DNA of 64,000 nt from the NCBI GenBank assembly GCA_030295235.1, contig AP026164.1, positions 310,001-374,000 of the forward strand. Reading direction: 5' to 3'. Each line of letters starts with the position of its first letter. Position 1 is the stretch's first letter. This stretch comes from Fistulifera solaris (lineage: Eukaryota). The position numbers and the translations under genes are program-made. Positions 61,421-64,000 of the stretch are shown here, in pieces. The notes under the pieces were generated by a model. It did no database searches. It was given only the letters and a program-made list of their open reading frames with translations, and had not been told where the DNA came from.

Positions 61421-62425
61421 ATGAGAAGTATGACCCGCACACTGCCCCGAACGCCGCTTCTAGTAGCATTAATCGTGCTTTCCGTGTCTTCCGTCTCTTC
61501 GACGACCTGGGGTCGAGTGAGTGTGCCGAGGTCGCCTCTGTCGTTTCAATTTGTTACACAAGAGGCTGTCAATCAACAAAGAACAAAAATTAGTAAATCA
61601 GCATTACTTAACAAGCTGAGAGGTGGGGCTTTAGATTTAAGCGACGATGAAGATGACGACGATGAAGACGAGGACGACGATCTCAACTTGGATTTGGACG
61701 ACTTTGAAGTAGCTGAAGCTGATTTTGCAGAAGCCAATACGCTCGATCGTGTTCTAGAAGCATGGAAAAGAACACCACCTCTGACAAAAGCTTATTTGAC
61801 TGCTTCCTTCGGAGCTACTATGTACGGCTATCTCTTCAACAAGAACGAATTTCCCCGCATTCTAACATTGGAATGGAAGCCAGTTCTGCAAAGACTGCAA
61901 ATATGGCGACCTTTCACGTCCTTTTTAAACTTTGGGCCGTTCGGCTTGGGATATATCCTGACAGCTCAATTCGTGTGGACGTACATGGCGACCTTGGAAC
62001 GGCTCAACCACAATCGTCCTTTTGACTTTTGGATATTGATGCTCTTTGGCCAGCTTTCCATGGTGATCGGTTACCCCCTGCTGAAATTGAGCCCTCGATT
62101 CCTCGGCCACAACTTGTCCACATATCTTGTTTATATCTGGAGCCGCTACCATGAAGGAGTCGAAGTCAATATGTTCGAGATGTTCAACACGAAAGCCGAG
62201 CTGTTGCCTTGGTTCTTTTTGGCTCAGACATTTCTTTTGGAAGGTGAACCTCCTGTCTTGGACTTTTTGGGGATTGTTTTTGGGCACATTTACCATCATT
62301 GCAAAACAGTGGGTATTCTTCGAGCACCAGACGCGCTCGTGGCGTGGTACCATGGAGATTCGGAAGTAGCCAAGAGGATACGAGAAGAATACAAAGTGAT
62401 TACGTCCGAGTTTGAGTTGGTATAA
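61421..62425 (+). CDS. Derlin with bipartite N-terminal extension; probable symbiont-derived sDer1 of the SELMA plastid-import machinery
   Basis: Signal peptide, transit-like region with LRGG and an acidic stretch, then the Der1 domain (TPPLTKAY, QIWRPFTSF, YIWSR, LLPW, LGIVFGHIY). Confidence 0.85.
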   Translation: MRSMTRTLPRTPLLVALIVLSVSSVSSTTWGRVSVPRSPLSFQFVTQEAVNQQRTKISKSALLNKLRGGALDLSDDEDDDDEDEDDDLNLDLDDFEVAEADFAEANTLDRVLEAWKRTPPLTKAYLTASFGATMYGYLFNKNEFPRILTLEWKPVLQRLQIWRPFTSFLNFGPFGLGYILTAQFVWTYMATLERLNHNRPFDFWILMLFGQLSMVIGYPLLKLSPRFLGHNLSTYLVYIWSRYHEGVEVNMFEMFNTKAELLPWFFLAQTFLLEGEPPVLDFLGIVFGHIYHHCKTVGILRAPDALVAWYHGDSEVAKRIREEYKVITSEFELV

Positions 62426-62567
62426 AAATGTGGCTATTGACAGTCGATAGTAATGCTAAAAGTAAATGCAAACGTATCAGAATTCATTCTCTTAGTCTCT
62501 CGTAGCTTTTTTTCAAGAATATTCTAGCAGGCATGCCCCGCAAAAGCAAGATCTACCGACTCGAGCC

Positions 62568-63232
62568 CTAAATGACTTCAAGTGCACTAGCAATTTGTTG
62601 AGAAGACGCTTGACTCAAATATTGATCTATCGCCTTTCCCAATTCGTTCAGGGGGGCGAATCAGCTGTTTTACATTAAATTCCGCAGGGTTCTGTTGCTG
62701 ATATATATACTCGGCCAAGAAATCGTTGTACGCGACCCAAGCGTCGTTTCGTGAACCATATTGGAGCGTTTGCTTGACGGGAAGATCACTTTCTATAGAC
62801 GGTCTACCAGGACCATCAAACCCTTTTGTGTAGTAGACAAGAAAAGCGTTCTGATCGACAAACTTTTGCTTGTACGAAAGAGGATCTGAGTACGCATCGA
62901 ACAGACTCTTGAACGACTTTTCGTCCGAGGGCAATGACTTCAATAGAATGTCGATGGTTGCGCTAGAGGGATTCTTTTCAAGAATATCGAGTATTTGTTG
63001 CGATGTGCGCTGCAATTGCAGAATGGGGATCAGAGTTTCTACAGTACCGGTAGCTGGCTTTCGATTCTTTGACGTATCAGCTGACGCTTGCGGAGGTAAA
63101 ATAATGAGAGCAGAATTGAGCGCGACCAGCGTCTTCAGAAAAAGCCCTACGTTCGAGACTAGCAATTGACCATCCTCTACAAATAATAGATACAAGCAGA
63201 ACATGAACGAAAAGCTGTAGGATCCGTCTCAT
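62568..63232 (-). CDS. Probable thylakoid-lumen hypothetical protein; two frameshifts
   Basis: Reconstructed N-terminus MRRILQLFVHVLLVSIICRGW...ERRAF[LK]...PPQASA gives a signal peptide plus twin-Arg plus AxA site. Conserved-looking core FLVYYTKGFDGPGRPSIE...QYGSRNDAWV. Confidence 0.65.
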
Positions 63233-63537
63233 TGCTGTCAACTTACACAAGTACTCCTATGAATTTGTGCGGTATAAATGTGCTGAATTCAAAAAAATGC
63301 AGATCGTGAGTCACGCACCCATCCCAGTCCCTTTTGTTATTGCACTATAGCGAATTCAGTGGACACCCCATTGAACGTTGAACAACACTCAATTTTGCGT
63401 GTTTCGCCAGTCCCGCAAGTGTTAGGGGTGCAACGCATTAAGGGATTTCTGATACACTTGCACGATGGAGCGAGTTCCCGAAAAATTTCACTAATTTTTG
63501 CACAAATTGCCTTTAATTGAAAGCACGTGCACGCAAC

Positions 63538-64000
63538 ATGAAGTCGAACTGGAAAAGCAATCGTAAAAAACGCGGATTCTTTTGCTGGTGTTCGGCTAAA
63601 TCGCAACCGAAACTTCCTCCGTCCGAGTTCTTATTGCAAAAGACGCCAAAGTCTTATGCCTACGCCACCTCTCCGATCTCTACAACTCAAGACAGTGACG
63701 ACGACGATGAACGAGCGAGTCTTCTGGATCACTCGTATGATGATGTCCTACCGAATGGCAACAATAGCAAAACGAAGGAAACGAGCGATTCATCGGTTTC
63801 TCCAAAGACCCCACCTCGACTTTCATGGAAAGAAAAATTGGTTCAATCGATTGAACGTCGGAAAAAACTCGGTTGGAACACTCAGAGAGGCTACAGACAA
63901 GTAGATGATACGCTACCGGAAGATGTCCTACCCGATGCAATCAGCAAAGAAAAGGATGTTTCCCCGGATTTTCTACCGCACACCCAGCAAGATACCCGTT
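63538..64000 (+). CDS. 5' part of an unknown protein running off the window end
   Basis: ATG at 63538 opens MKSNWKSNRKKRGFFCWCSAK...QDSDDDDERASLL..., with no stop before 64000. Confidence 0.6.
   Translation, partial: MKSNWKSNRKKRGFFCWCSAKSQPKLPPSEFLLQKTPKSYAYATSPISTTQDSDDDDERASLLDHSYDDVLPNGNNSKTKETSDSSVSPKTPPRLSWKEKLVQSIERRKKLGWNTQRGYRQVDDTLPEDVLPDAISKEKDVSPDFLPHTQQDTR

Overview
Eukaryotic nuclear DNA from a pennate diatom. Evidence: gene-dense sequence, short GT-AG introns of about 65-160 bp, bipartite plastid-targeting peptides, ChlG, CYP97 and a symbiont-type Derlin. An LRR-like gene near 60 kb resembles a family I recall as expanded in Fistulifera, so that genus is a tentative guess. About 30 protein-coding genes are present: CTC1-like, organellar HU, GEX1/Brambleberry, aminopeptidase P, NAA40, importin-7/8, CYP97, RBBP6, NOC4, NSA1/WDR74, ChlG, ABCF, ABCB, an S1 protein, sDer1 and others. 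Many are split by 1-bp frameshifts in homopolymers, most likely assembly errors. Non-genic structure includes a PIF/Harbinger remnant with a palindromic subterminal array, a second inverted copy of its terminus 12.6 kb away, a 246-bp tandem array, a second palindrome array, and a degraded 43.5-47.4 kb interval. The most interesting items are an AlkB dioxygenase fused to an SRA/YDG methylcytosine-reader domain (hidden by introns and frameshifts), a bacterial HU protein with a mitochondrial-type presequence, a GEX1 gene with an in-frame stop in its conserved domain, a divergent CTC1, and a beta-trefoil/IFI27-like fusion. All calls come from motif recognition by eye; no searches were run.
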